From: a virus
Direction: 5' to 3' (one strand)
Length of the DNA stretch: 64,000 nucleotides
IMG/VR virus record: IMGVR_UViG_3300023210_000013
Location: 51,582-115,581 of that record
In this document: piece by piece, positions 21,142 to 31,991 of the stretch
Layout: the number at the start of each line of letters is the position of its first letter
How positions within the stretch are numbered: the first letter of the stretch is position 1
Position numbers and translations under genes: made by a program
Notes under the pieces: model-generated
Databases searched by the model: none
Seen by the model: only the letters and a program-made list of their open reading frames with translations
What the model was told of the DNA's origin: nothing

Positions 21142-21842
21142 TAATTATTTCTTTCTGCTGTTTGCTGGTTTGTTTGATATTGATTAAAGTTTTCTATATC
21201 TCCTGCAATTAATGATGCAGTCTCATCTAGTAAAACTTCTACTACGTCATCCTTAAATTCACTTTCAACATTTACTGTTGAAGCAGTTCCATCATAGGGA
21301 TTTTGACAACCCGCAATCTGTATAAGAACGGGTTGTCTATAATATGTTAACACAACTTCTGTTATATCAAACTCTCTTTTATATACTCTAACTTTATTAT
21401 CTATCCATGTGCAGAATGTTTCTCCCCATTCATAGTCAGGACGTTTTAAAGGATCTCTAAGTATTAAATCAACATTAGCTTCTTCTGATAGATATACGGT
21501 CATAGATCTAGGATCAGGACAACACTTGCTTGTAGCAAATGCTGTAATTCTCTTATACTCCATGTAGTCAGCTGGAATTGTAGTACTTTCAAAATAAGTA
21601 GGTTCTGCTGAACCAGTTAAAGGGATTTCTTTTAAAAGAAGTTGTAAATCATCAATTCTTCTTTTAGACATTTCATCACCTTCCTTATAAAGATTGTTAC
21701 CATGCAATTGCCGTCTAACCCATTCTACCTGAGCTTTGTTAAATGCCTCTACTATTTGCCAGCATTCTATGTTATCATAGTCATTACTAGCAAGTTTATT
21801 AAGTCTTTGCTTGAGTTTAATTTGTAGAGTTTGATTGTTCAT
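21141..21842 (-). CDS. Head-tail ring/adaptor protein
   Basis: FNKAQ, RIDDLQLL and LTYYRQP motifs of crAss-like ring proteins; second gene downstream of MCP. Confidence 0.65.
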   Translation of the reverse strand: MNNQTLQIKLKQRLNKLASNDYDNIECWQIVEAFNKAQVEWVRRQLHGNNLYKEGDEMSKRRIDDLQLLLKEIPLTGSAEPTYFESTTIPADYMEYKRITAFATSKCCPDPRSMTVYLSEEANVDLILRDPLKRPDYEWGETFCTWIDNKVRVYKREFDITEVVLTYYRQPVLIQIAGCQNPYDGTASTVNVESEFKDDVVEVLLDETASLIAGDIENFNQYQTNQQTAERNN

Positions 21843-21852
21843 TATTTATTTA

Positions 21853-22869
21853 TTAAGCGTTCCAATATGGTTCAACCTTAGCCATTAAAGCTAACAACGT
21901 ATCTTCATTACTTGGACTCTTTAAATATTCCATAACTTCAGCAGGTCTTTTACCTAGCTTTTCAGAACTATCTAATAACTCAATCCAACCAGAAGCCTTA
22001 GTAACAAGGAACCTATAATATAATGAGTCTTTAGTTAAAGCTCTGATTTTCAAGTCTTCCATTGAAGATTTGGCAGCTTCTATAAATCCTTCAGCAGCTC
22101 TTTTCTTGTTAGACTCAGGACCATTTCCATTAATAAATGAATCCATGTTTTCATACATGATATCATTTGGTGTGGACTTAGTATACTGAACACTATCAAT
22201 ATCAACAGCTTTTGCTACATACATTAATTTAGTTGTGTCCTTATCATATAGCTTTTGTAATTCAACTAAAGCTCTATTTCTAAGTTTTGTATATGTTGTT
22301 CTTTCACTAATTGTTTCTTGCAATTGATCCAAATAAAACTTTGGTGCATTCACTGCTTTCTTTGCTTCCTTTAAAGACCTTGCTACAATAGAAAATCCTC
22401 CTGCATTAATTGCATAAAGTTTTACTAAATCATAAGGATCCTTTTGTGGATCTAAAAATACAGGCTCATTACCGCATCTTATACTAATTCTAGACCAAAA
22501 TTTATCATTGTCTGGTTTTAGTAATGTTACTTTATTCCAAAAATCTTTATCATCTACATCTAATACATTAGATGCAAGTTCTGCTTCCAGTTGTGCAACT
22601 GTAGCTCTAATCTCTTTTATTTTTTCTGCTTTCTCTCCTGGAGGTAGCATCTTTACGTCAGGGGCAAATTCATTTAACCCTGTAACGTATCTCTTAACAC
22701 CGTTAAGTTCAAGACAAGCTAGGCTTTCTTCATGCCATACTCCATCATGAAGTGACATTCCATAATTTTCTAAACCCATGTTTTGTTTGCTTTCATTAAA
22801 GAAAGGCCTAACAGCCATGGTCTCATTTTTTCCTTGTTGGTACTTTTCTACAATTGTGTAACTACTCAT
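21853..22869 (-). CDS. Conserved crAss-like protein downstream of the major capsid gene
   Basis: 338 aa; RYVTGL, FWSRI and FLDP motifs; synteny. Confidence 0.55.
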   Translation of the reverse strand: MSSYTIVEKYQQGKNETMAVRPFFNESKQNMGLENYGMSLHDGVWHEESLACLELNGVKRYVTGLNEFAPDVKMLPPGEKAEKIKEIRATVAQLEAELASNVLDVDDKDFWNKVTLLKPDNDKFWSRISIRCGNEPVFLDPQKDPYDLVKLYAINAGGFSIVARSLKEAKKAVNAPKFYLDQLQETISERTTYTKLRNRALVELQKLYDKDTTKLMYVAKAVDIDSVQYTKSTPNDIMYENMDSFINGNGPESNKKRAAEGFIEAAKSSMEDLKIRALTKDSLYYRFLVTKASGWIELLDSSEKLGKRPAEVMEYLKSPSNEDTLLALMAKVEPYWNA

Positions 22870-22997
22870 TTACTTTGGTTTTAAAAATTAATAACTATTA
22901 TGTTGGTCTCAAAAGTACAAAATTATGTACATTATTATTAATATTTCTATAGTCAAGTTTAACCTTGACTGTAGTTATTTGAGCTAAATAACATAAT

Positions 22998-23027
22998 AAA
23001 GGGAGGCAATTTATCACCGCCCCCCTT
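22998..23027 (-). terminator. Terminator after the major capsid gene
   Basis: Minus-strand stem GGGGG(G)...CCTCCC followed by TTT. Confidence 0.55.
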
Positions 23028-23042
23028 AATTATTAAGTATGT

Positions 23043-24662
23043 TTAGAATGATCCTCCTGTAACAGGGTTTCTCATTACTATTTTCAATACTTTAGTTGGA
23101 TCCTTCACCCAGATAGCTGGCATGGTTTGAGACATCATGACTCTATAACCGTTAAAGTTTCCAGAAGAAGCAAATCCTTGAGTTCTTCCCATGTAGTCCA
23201 TAGTACCATTTTGGTAGAACCACTTAAGTTGATTATCCCAAGATAACTTCAATAAGTGAATATTATCATTTCCACCTTCAGTTACATCAAAGATGATAAA
23301 GCTGTAAGAGCTTAAAGGGCGTCCATCAATTAATGGATTCTCTACATCATTAGTATGTAAGTTATCAAAAGCAGGGTTCAATACAAACTTAACATTAGCT
23401 AAGAAAGGAATAGTAAAGCTTGTGTAAGCAAAACCAAAATCAAGATCCATTCCTGATCCTTTAACAGCACCAATGTCACTAGCGTTTTGAACTAATCCAG
23501 AACCATATACTTCATCAGCAATAGCTTTGTTGATTAATTGCATTCCACCAATACCAGTTTGTACAACCAATTGACGTTGTGGGTCCGGTCCTTTGAACTC
23601 AACTTTACCTTGGTAGAAGTTATATAGTTCAGACTTAAACATATCAAGTGTGAAAGAAGACTTGTTATATACTCTTTTGAAAGAGTTATCTAACTGAGAC
23701 CATAAACCTACTGATAATCTAATATCATCTGGTCCGTCTTGTCTTACTCTACCACCTTTACCCCACATAAGGTAAGTTTCAATATCATTTGCAATCTTAG
23801 ACAAATGTGCTGCCTCAAGATTTGTAACAAATGTTCTAGATAATTTACCGCTTTCAAATGCATCACGTGCACCAGCTTTACCCATACCTGCAACTAATTC
23901 TTCAATTGAAGATACAGAAGGGTTAGCAGCGTTTTGATCAAAGTTTCTCCAGATCTCAGTAACTGGTACTGTACCATCTGCATTCAATCCACCTTTAATC
24001 ATTAAATCAGCCTTAGAAGAAATTGAATAATGAACATGTGCTTCAGCTCCACCTACAAAGTTGTAGAATTCACGGAAACCAGATCCAGTTTCAATATCAG
24101 AGAAACGCTCTCCATACTCACCTCTTGCAGAACCTTTTCTAAAGAATTTAGTTCCAGAAGATAAATAAGCATTATCTAAAGATGAAGCACTGTTATTGTT
24201 TACTAACTGTACAGTATAGATGTATCCGTCACCCGCTGGGATGATGTCATCAGCTGTAATGTAAAGTTCAATACCATTGTACTTATCATAAGTAATAATG
24301 TCACCATGTCCAAAAGCACGCTTAGAAAGCTTTACTTTGAATGTTGTTCCATCAATACCTTTTTCTGCATTAGCAGGCTCAATGTCTGCTACCACAAAAG
24401 GTAAATCTTGTGCTACTGGAGTTTGCCATTTGTACTCTCCACGAGCGTTGTCTACCATAATTGTATTCTTTCCACCAAAAGATGCCATTTGATACAAAGG
24501 CATTTCTACCTTCTGGGTCATAGCCCAAAGATCAACTGGTCCCATATCCATAGGCTCAGACGATCCAAGCATTTGGGTTAGGTGATAAGAATCAACGTGA
24601 GAACTTGCTTTGTAAGCAGTGTCTCTCAAGAAAATTCCATTGTTTAATACTGGAGTTGCCAT
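23043..24662 (-). CDS. Major capsid protein (crAss-like)
   Basis: 539 aa; order terminase-portal-scaffold-MCP; YLMWGKG, GLWSQL and IWVKDPTK motifs. Confidence 0.85.
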   Translation of the reverse strand: MATPVLNNGIFLRDTAYKASSHVDSYHLTQMLGSSEPMDMGPVDLWAMTQKVEMPLYQMASFGGKNTIMVDNARGEYKWQTPVAQDLPFVVADIEPANAEKGIDGTTFKVKLSKRAFGHGDIITYDKYNGIELYITADDIIPAGDGYIYTVQLVNNNSASSLDNAYLSSGTKFFRKGSARGEYGERFSDIETGSGFREFYNFVGGAEAHVHYSISSKADLMIKGGLNADGTVPVTEIWRNFDQNAANPSVSSIEELVAGMGKAGARDAFESGKLSRTFVTNLEAAHLSKIANDIETYLMWGKGGRVRQDGPDDIRLSVGLWSQLDNSFKRVYNKSSFTLDMFKSELYNFYQGKVEFKGPDPQRQLVVQTGIGGMQLINKAIADEVYGSGLVQNASDIGAVKGSGMDLDFGFAYTSFTIPFLANVKFVLNPAFDNLHTNDVENPLIDGRPLSSYSFIIFDVTEGGNDNIHLLKLSWDNQLKWFYQNGTMDYMGRTQGFASSGNFNGYRVMMSQTMPAIWVKDPTKVLKIVMRNPVTGGSF

Positions 24663-24707
24663 AATTGTTAATTGTTTTTGTTGTTATTATTTATTTATCT
24701 GTGTTTA

Positions 24708-25997
24708 TTAAAACCGTTTAAATATGTTGTTGGACCTTGGGATTTTTCTTTTAGAGCTAGCACGTTTGCTTTCTTGCTCTCTTTCTTGAACTCCCAGTGA
24801 TGATCCACCAGCATTGCTTTGTTCTGTCTTAAGTTTCCTTACTGTATTCTCAACACTTTTTTGTGCACCTTTATCCATAATCTTTGATTTATATCCATCA
24901 GGATCAGATAGCAACCATAGTGCTTCTGAAATCAAAGTATAGTTTGGTTCTACAAATTGGTATTTTTCCAACAGGTGACCTAACAAATTTGTATTCTTCC
25001 CACTTACAGAAGGATAGCTTGGTTGAACCAAACCATTATAAAGCATTGCTTGAGTTTTCTTATCAAGTTTTACTTCTCCTAAATTTCCTTCTTTAAGAGT
25101 ATTATATACGTTTTCCATATACTGATGAGATGCTTGTTCTTGCTGTTGCTTTTTCATTTGCTGTTCTTCCAGCTTTTGAGCTACAACTTTTGCTTGCATC
25201 TTGTCCAATTTAGGTTTAAACTTAGAAGCTTGTTGTTCTAATTTTCCTAAATCTTTCCAGATTTCTATCTCTTCAGTAATCTCCTCATCATCCCCATATC
25301 CGGTAGCTTTTAAATAATCTCTAATAATCACTTCTTGATGTGACTCTTTTTTGATATCTAAATTCTTTTTTTCTTCACTTTGTGCAAGTGTAGAAAATAA
25401 CCCTTTTAGGTCTGTCCCTCCATCAGCAACATATCTTGCTGCTACTTGGAGTTCTTGAGGTAAGCTGTCAAAGAACTGTTTGGGAGTTTCTCTTCGTACT
25501 TGATTAGCTTTTTCTTCTAAATTAGCTTGAATCAATTCTTCCCAATCTTTAGCAGAATAATCTGCTAAATCTTTATCATCATCAAAAGGAACAATTTTGT
25601 CTTCTTTAATAAGTTTGCTAAATACATCACTTATACCAGAGATTTTTTTTCTTCCTCTTTTTTCTTCTTTTTCTTCTTCTACATCATCTTCAGCATCAGC
25701 AGCAAATTCATCTAGTAAATCACTTACTTCTTCTTTAACGTCATCTGCAATTACTTTCGTTCCTGCATCAAATGTAGTTTCTTCACTGGCATCTGCCTCT
25801 GAAGTTTCAGTTTCTTCTTTGTCTGCAAATGAAAAATCTGCTTTCTTAGAAGGACTACTAAATATTGACCTAGGTTTATCTTCGTTCTCTTCTGGTAATG
25901 TAACACTATCTGTTGCTACACCAGGATTAAACATTTCATCTATGTCAATGTCTACTTGAGCTACTTTGCTCTCAATTGTTTGGTTTTCTGCTGCCAT
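24708..25997 (-). CDS. Probable capsid scaffolding protein
   Basis: Highly acidic N-terminal half with coiled coils; between portal and MCP. Confidence 0.65.
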   Translation of the reverse strand: MAAENQTIESKVAQVDIDIDEMFNPGVATDSVTLPEENEDKPRSIFSSPSKKADFSFADKEETETSEADASEETTFDAGTKVIADDVKEEVSDLLDEFAADAEDDVEEEKEEKRGRKKISGISDVFSKLIKEDKIVPFDDDKDLADYSAKDWEELIQANLEEKANQVRRETPKQFFDSLPQELQVAARYVADGGTDLKGLFSTLAQSEEKKNLDIKKESHQEVIIRDYLKATGYGDDEEITEEIEIWKDLGKLEQQASKFKPKLDKMQAKVVAQKLEEQQMKKQQQEQASHQYMENVYNTLKEGNLGEVKLDKKTQAMLYNGLVQPSYPSVSGKNTNLLGHLLEKYQFVEPNYTLISEALWLLSDPDGYKSKIMDKGAQKSVENTVRKLKTEQSNAGGSSLGVQEREQESKRASSKRKIPRSNNIFKRF

Positions 25998-26147
25998 TAT
26001 ATTATTGGTTTATATAATTACTATTTCTTATATATACAATATAAAAAGAATTTTCTAAATAAACTTATAAAATGCAAATGAAATATATCATTTGTTGCAG
26101 TATATAGCTATCTATATTTTTTCTTTTTGTATTTATATCAAAATCTT

Positions 26148-28904
26148 TTATTTTTTCTTTTTAGACTCAGATTTAAAATCATATTTATTTTTGTTCTCAC
26201 GTGCTATTTGCAGTTGCTTGTCTGCTATTTCTCTTTTAGCAGAAAGCTCTTCTCTTTTAATTTGAAGTTTGCTTTGTTCAACATTATTCTTGATGCTAGC
26301 TTGTTCTCTATTAAAGTTCATTTTTTCTCTACCATCTCTTTCTTTTCTAATACCTTCCATAGAATCTTGGAAGTCACTAACTTTATTTTCATTAATGTCA
26401 GCCATAGATCCAAAACCAGCAGCTCTAATTTCTGCAGTTTCTAATCTATTCATTCTATCTTTTTCAGCTTCCATAGATTCAAACTCACGCTTAAGTCTTT
26501 GTTCTTCTGCATTAGCTTCTAATTGCTGCTGTTGCATTTGCTGTTGTTGTTGCATTTCTTGCTGTCTTTGCATTTCAGTTTTACCTTCAGCATCTTTAAG
26601 TATATCTGATACTTCAGCAATTGAATCTGCTTTTATAATATTACCAAGATCATAAATGCTTGCACCACTTGTGTTATTTTGAATAGCAAGTTGTTTTAGT
26701 TGTTCAAGAACAGCTCTGTGATTTGTTTTAGTTGTTGCAAATACATTAAAGTCTCTTAGCATTAAATCAGTACCGTTGATAGTAAAGTTTACTTTTTCTG
26801 CTGCAGATGACATATAGCTTAACCTAACACTAGGATTAGTACTATAATAGAACTGAGCCAAGTCAGTTCTCATTTGATGAACTCTAGGCATTAAGTGATC
26901 TGCATGCTGAGTAAAATAAATTTCAGTCTGAGCATAAGATTGATTTAATGCTTGGGTTACACCTGTTGCAGTTTCTTGACCAATAGGTGCTCCTAGTCTT
27001 TGCGCATTAATTCCAATTGCATCAAATGCTTGTTGTTTGAAATAATTTGCTAATTGTATTCTAGACATTAATCTACCTGTCTGCTCCATGTTAAGAGTTT
27101 GGTAGTGATTAAAGTTTGTAGCGTTTTCTGTATTTGTAATAGAAGTATCTAAAGGTAACATTTGGAAATCCTTCATAGCTACAAATGCTTTGCTGTAATT
27201 TCCTTTTCCCCAATCTTCTCCCATTGAATGTCTTGGTAAAGCGTTTTGGTCAAACATAATGATTGTACCTAACTCATCTACAAGAATATCAGCTATCTGA
27301 TTGTTTACCATATTATACCCAATCTGATATGCTTTCATAAGATCTATTAAAGAAGTAGACCTTGTATTCCTATCAGAAAATACTCTACCTTCTACAGGTA
27401 GTTTACAACCATATAATGAAGTATCACCTTTAAATTGAAAAGGTATTCTTCCTGGCTTTTCTCTATTGATTCCTAAGTATATTGGGCTTATGTTATCTGC
27501 AACCTCAGTTTTCCAACTCATTGGAGAGTTAGGTCCTATTTTAACACCACCCCATGTTTCATTAATCCATATCCAATCTACATGTTCTCCTTGAAAAAGA
27601 TTTTCTTTGGATTTATTTTTATATAATGAATTATCATAAATAGGTTTTTCAGTTACTTTAAATGTTTCATCAATAATTTCTTGAATTACTTCACCATCTT
27701 CAGTAATCTTTGTAAGGTGTCCTACTTTTCTTTGAGTTTTCCAATATGTTGTTGTACATCTCATTAAAGAAGACTCACCCCAATTAGCCATGTCTTCTCC
27801 TTCATTTAATATTGCACTTACAATATCATCTCCCATAGTACCACCATTACCTGTGTTACTTATAAATTGTCTATAAGATAAACTAGGTGATTCAGTATTC
27901 CATGAGTGAGATTTAGTTGGATCATAAAATGAACCATCATTTTGAACACCATTCAATTGATACTGTCCATTCTGAGCAGGATGGATCTCTTGTAAGGAAC
28001 GCAATTGCTTTTCACTCATCAAGTATCCATACTTATCTATAACGTCAGCTACGGTCATTAAATCAAGTTTACCAACGTAATTAGATTGAGATATATATCT
28101 TACATCTGGAGATTTGTGATAAAATGTTAGAACAGGATTCCATAGTTCTATTTCATAATCATCTTCCATCATTCTAAAATGCCAGAACTCTCTATCTGTA
28201 ATAAGCATATCACGGAATGCGCGCTCTTCAAGTTCTTGCATCTTGAACCTTTCTTCATCAACATTCAATTGATGAGATGCCCATTCTTCTACCATTGATC
28301 TATAATCTTTAGAAAAGAAATCTTCAATCTCTGGTAATGTTTTTAAATTTTCTGGAGCCATTTGTTGTTGTGCTTCCTCTGATTGTGGGTCCATACCCAT
28401 TTCAATCATTCTAGAAAGTAGTTGCTGTGAAGCATCTGATAACAAATTTTCTTCTACCAATGCTCTTTTTTGCTCAAGCATTTCATTATAAGAAGTATCA
28501 TCTACAGCTCTGAATTGAACTTTAGAATATCTTTTAGTAAATTCTCCTGATAGTACGTTTACAACGTTAGGTATAATTGGATAAAACTTTAGTTCTAATG
28601 CTGACTCATCTTCTTTAGTTAATACATCAACTAAATCTTTGTAATCATTATCTTCTTCTACTATATAATCAGTCTTATCTATAATACCTTTTGCTAACTT
28701 GTAATTCTTTAAAAGTTTTCTAGAATTCTCTTTTAAAAAGTTCATTCCCTGAACCTCTAACCAATCAAGATTCCAAGCAGCCCAATTATCATCTTTTTTC
28801 TTTGCACCTATAAACTGTATAGGTTGGGTTAAGCTGGTGCTTCCGTTATATCCGGATTCAGCTTTAGCACCATTCTTTAGTTGCATTGCATTAAATACTT
28901 TCAT
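26148..28904 (-). CDS. Portal protein
   Basis: 918 aa directly after terminase; YPIIPNVVNVLSGE motif; Q-rich coiled-coil C-terminus. Confidence 0.85.
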   Translation of the reverse strand: MKVFNAMQLKNGAKAESGYNGSTSLTQPIQFIGAKKKDDNWAAWNLDWLEVQGMNFLKENSRKLLKNYKLAKGIIDKTDYIVEEDNDYKDLVDVLTKEDESALELKFYPIIPNVVNVLSGEFTKRYSKVQFRAVDDTSYNEMLEQKRALVEENLLSDASQQLLSRMIEMGMDPQSEEAQQQMAPENLKTLPEIEDFFSKDYRSMVEEWASHQLNVDEERFKMQELEERAFRDMLITDREFWHFRMMEDDYEIELWNPVLTFYHKSPDVRYISQSNYVGKLDLMTVADVIDKYGYLMSEKQLRSLQEIHPAQNGQYQLNGVQNDGSFYDPTKSHSWNTESPSLSYRQFISNTGNGGTMGDDIVSAILNEGEDMANWGESSLMRCTTTYWKTQRKVGHLTKITEDGEVIQEIIDETFKVTEKPIYDNSLYKNKSKENLFQGEHVDWIWINETWGGVKIGPNSPMSWKTEVADNISPIYLGINREKPGRIPFQFKGDTSLYGCKLPVEGRVFSDRNTRSTSLIDLMKAYQIGYNMVNNQIADILVDELGTIIMFDQNALPRHSMGEDWGKGNYSKAFVAMKDFQMLPLDTSITNTENATNFNHYQTLNMEQTGRLMSRIQLANYFKQQAFDAIGINAQRLGAPIGQETATGVTQALNQSYAQTEIYFTQHADHLMPRVHQMRTDLAQFYYSTNPSVRLSYMSSAAEKVNFTINGTDLMLRDFNVFATTKTNHRAVLEQLKQLAIQNNTSGASIYDLGNIIKADSIAEVSDILKDAEGKTEMQRQQEMQQQQQMQQQQLEANAEEQRLKREFESMEAEKDRMNRLETAEIRAAGFGSMADINENKVSDFQDSMEGIRKERDGREKMNFNREQASIKNNVEQSKLQIKREELSAKREIADKQLQIARENKNKYDFKSESKKKK

Positions 28905-28906
28905 AC

Positions 28907-31099
28907 TTATCTAAAATTTTTATATGCTGATCTTTTTTTACCCTTTTGACCACCGTGTACAGTTTTTCCTCTTCCAATATTCCTAAACGGACTATACTTT
29001 AATTTATGCAAATTTTTTGACTTATCCAAAGAATTTGCGTCATCAGATTCAGTTCTTTTCAAATAACCTCTATTTGACTCCTGTATACGGACAAAAGCTA
29101 CCAACGCTGAAAAGGCAACAAGCCTATCTACGTTGAGCCCTGGGTAAAAAGCTAGCATTTCTTTAATTAACATTGGATCTGGTATTCTTGTTATTCCAAG
29201 AGTTGTATTTAGTACATTACCTTCAGCATCAGTTTCTTGATCAATTTCTTCTCTTAAAAATTCAATAGCATAAGAAATAAGATGTTGCTTAAATAATGTC
29301 CCTGTGTTTTTCCAACCGTATTCTTGATATACAGTCTTGTTAGATCCCAGATCTTTTAAGAATAATATTTGTGCTTTTGGTACAAGATATTTTTGCTTTC
29401 TTTTGGCAATCATATGTTGTATAAATAGAGATATATTATTCTCTACAATAGTCCAAGCATTAAACCATATTATTATTTTTTCTAACTGCTCATGTGTTTT
29501 ATTAATATCATCATATCTACCACACCATGCAGCTACTAATTTTGCGTTTTCTATAAAAACTTCTAATCCATTAGGTCCTTCACGTTTTATCTCTACAGCA
29601 TTCTTATATACAAAAATACTACAAAGGGAATCAGATGTAGTTGTTTTACCTTCTGATACAGGATCAATAGAAGCATAGTATGCTCCAAACTCTGGATTAG
29701 GTACTGGTCTTTCCCATACAACAAGACATCCTGTTTTGTCTTGCATTTTTTTATCTACAGGAAATTTATTAATGGGTAATTTATTAGAACGTTTAGCCTC
29801 AATACCTTTTTGTGTTCTGTCTAATTCTATATGCTCATATGCATATTCTTTATCTTCAATTACTTTAAGTTGTCTTGAAAGTAAGCCTTGAGGAAACACA
29901 GATTCTTTTCTATATGCAAAAGCTTCTGCAATATTTGTAGGTTTCTGAGAAATACGCAATTGATATTGTTCAGCTCCTAATTCATTCTTCCATCTTTTTC
30001 TTTCAAGGAATATTGCATCAAGAGCTTCTTTAACCAATGTGTTACCCCACTCATCAATATGAGGTGGCATAGACCACTGTTCAGGAATAAATAACCCTGA
30101 TATACCAATGGTACCATCTTTGTCTATTAGATTTGTTTCTACGGGGTATATATCATTATTGATAGGGTTCATTACCATATCCTTCAATGGTTCACATTGA
30201 TTTAAATCACCTACTGATCCAGCTGCTATAAACATACCTGTTGTTACCATACCTGATGACATTGCAGGACGTAGGTACTCATATGTCTGCATCATCTTAG
30301 GAGCAATACCGGCTTCTTCATGAAAGAAGTAAGTAGTTGGTCCACCAACACCTGTAGTAGCATTTTTTTCAAAGGATGCCCCTTGTATTTTTGATTTAAG
30401 TCCTCTAGAAGTTTTTCTATTACCTACTTTAACTTCAATTTGTTGTTGCCACAATAATACTTTTTCTGGATTACTTGGTCTATACCAAGCAGTGTGTTCA
30501 TTAAGGAAAGTTTTATATTCATCTAAAAACTTCCAAGATCCTTTATCATTAATATAATCTTTTAAGGATGCACCAATTTTACACGTACTACCTTCTTCAA
30601 ACCAATACGTATTAATTATTTTTCCCATATGAAAATATGAGGAAGCTATCTGACGTTTTTTAAGTATAGCACTATGTTTGTAATGTAACTCAGCTAGTAT
30701 TTCATATAAAGCCATGTGATACTGTGCATCACGTACTTTAGCAAAACCATAATGTTTTTCTTCTTTATCATATATTGGTAAAAAATTTAACCACATATAA
30801 TAATCTCTTGTTAAATACCAAGTAAGGGGTCCATCTTTATAGATAACCCCTTCACGGCATTTGTCTTTCTCAGAGTTCCAATACAGTATAAAATCTTTAG
30901 ATCTAAAAGGTGCTAAACAATAAACATTCTCTTTATTGAATCTTCTAGCCTCTTGATTAAATACTAAAGCTGTTTTATTAAATTGATACTGACCTGGTTC
31001 TTTAAATACTGATTTAACAAAATCTATAAACTCTTCTCTTGTTTCATATTCAGTATCCGTCCATTGGCCATTATCCCATGTTGGAACTATTTTATACAT
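28907..31099 (-). CDS. terL: Terminase large subunit
   Basis: Walker A-like LKKRQIASS, Walker B FFHEEAG, nuclease SIDP and NVDRLVA. Confidence 0.88.
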   Translation of the reverse strand: MYKIVPTWDNGQWTDTEYETREEFIDFVKSVFKEPGQYQFNKTALVFNQEARRFNKENVYCLAPFRSKDFILYWNSEKDKCREGVIYKDGPLTWYLTRDYYMWLNFLPIYDKEEKHYGFAKVRDAQYHMALYEILAELHYKHSAILKKRQIASSYFHMGKIINTYWFEEGSTCKIGASLKDYINDKGSWKFLDEYKTFLNEHTAWYRPSNPEKVLLWQQQIEVKVGNRKTSRGLKSKIQGASFEKNATTGVGGPTTYFFHEEAGIAPKMMQTYEYLRPAMSSGMVTTGMFIAAGSVGDLNQCEPLKDMVMNPINNDIYPVETNLIDKDGTIGISGLFIPEQWSMPPHIDEWGNTLVKEALDAIFLERKRWKNELGAEQYQLRISQKPTNIAEAFAYRKESVFPQGLLSRQLKVIEDKEYAYEHIELDRTQKGIEAKRSNKLPINKFPVDKKMQDKTGCLVVWERPVPNPEFGAYYASIDPVSEGKTTTSDSLCSIFVYKNAVEIKREGPNGLEVFIENAKLVAAWCGRYDDINKTHEQLEKIIIWFNAWTIVENNISLFIQHMIAKRKQKYLVPKAQILFLKDLGSNKTVYQEYGWKNTGTLFKQHLISYAIEFLREEIDQETDAEGNVLNTTLGITRIPDPMLIKEMLAFYPGLNVDRLVAFSALVAFVRIQESNRGYLKRTESDDANSLDKSKNLHKLKYSPFRNIGRGKTVHGGQKGKKRSAYKNFR

Positions 31100-31383
31100 T
31101 AATGTTCTTTTAAGATTGCGTATATATCACCAAAGTTAATCAATAAGTGTTTCTCTCCGTCATGTAATAATTCAGTTGGTACACAAAAGTCAGCATATTG
31201 AATTAAATCACCCACTTTAATTGTATCATCTAATTCATTACCTACAGCAACAACAAAACCTTTGTACTCTTTTGTTTGTGCAATATCAGGTATAATAATA
31301 TTTGTACCAGGCACAAATTTATCTGCTTGTTTTAGTTTTATCAATACCTTTTTTCCTACTGGAATAATTGTTGTTTTCTTCAT
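31099..31383 (-). CDS. groES: Co-chaperonin GroES
   Basis: IIPVGKKVLI, IIIPD, GFVVAVG, IKVGD and DIYAIL match the Cpn10 pattern. Confidence 0.85.
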   Translation of the reverse strand: MKKTTIIPVGKKVLIKLKQADKFVPGTNIIIPDIAQTKEYKGFVVAVGNELDDTIKVGDLIQYADFCVPTELLHDGEKHLLINFGDIYAILKEH

Positions 31384-31471
31384 TTTTGTTTGATTTATTA
31401 CTTTCTTTATTTATTTCAAAATTTGGCTCATCCCAATAACAGAATACCCATCCTTCTTTTTTGTTACTCAT
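31319..31471 (-). CDS. Possible 50-aa micro-protein (not in the ORF track)
   Basis: MSNKKEGWVFCYWDEPNFEINK...; starts 1 nt after the upstream stop but overlaps groES by 65 nt. Confidence 0.3.
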   Translation of the reverse strand: MSNKKEGWVFCYWDEPNFEINKESNKSNKNEENNNYSSRKKGIDKTKTSR

Positions 31472-31472
31472 A

Positions 31473-31991
31473 TTACATTTGATCATATGCTAAACCAGCA
31501 CCACCTCTTACAGAACTTTGTTGTTCTTCTTGCATATCACTAAATGCACCTTTATAAGAATTACGTATCTGCTCAAATTTAGCAGCTGCATTTACCATTG
31601 AATTAATATTACCGTCTCTACCATGTTCTATGGCTGTTGTTTCCATATACCTAGCTAATCTATCAAGCATTGATTTAATTCCTTTATACGCTCTGTATGT
31701 AGGTGTTTCATAAAGCTTTTGACACATTTCAATTGAGTATCTAATTTTTGCATCTTCTGGAGATTCTTCTAACTTTATTTCTTCTATAATTAAATCTTCT
31801 TTTTCATGTTCTGGAACATTAAAGAAAGGGTTCATATCAGGATTAGGGCAAGTCATATAAAATAAATATTGGTACACTTGCATATAAGTATCAGGGTATT
31901 CCACCATTAAATCTTTAAGAAAGTTTAATGTATAACAATGTTCTGATGGAATAACTGCACCATTTTGAATATCAAATAATTTTACTAGCAT
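31473..31991 (-). CDS. Conserved protein, candidate terminase small subunit
   Basis: 172 aa, helical; upstream of terL; assignment is positional only. Confidence 0.45.
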   Translation of the reverse strand: MLVKLFDIQNGAVIPSEHCYTLNFLKDLMVEYPDTYMQVYQYLFYMTCPNPDMNPFFNVPEHEKEDLIIEEIKLEESPEDAKIRYSIEMCQKLYETPTYRAYKGIKSMLDRLARYMETTAIEHGRDGNINSMVNAAAKFEQIRNSYKGAFSDMQEEQQSSVRGGAGLAYDQM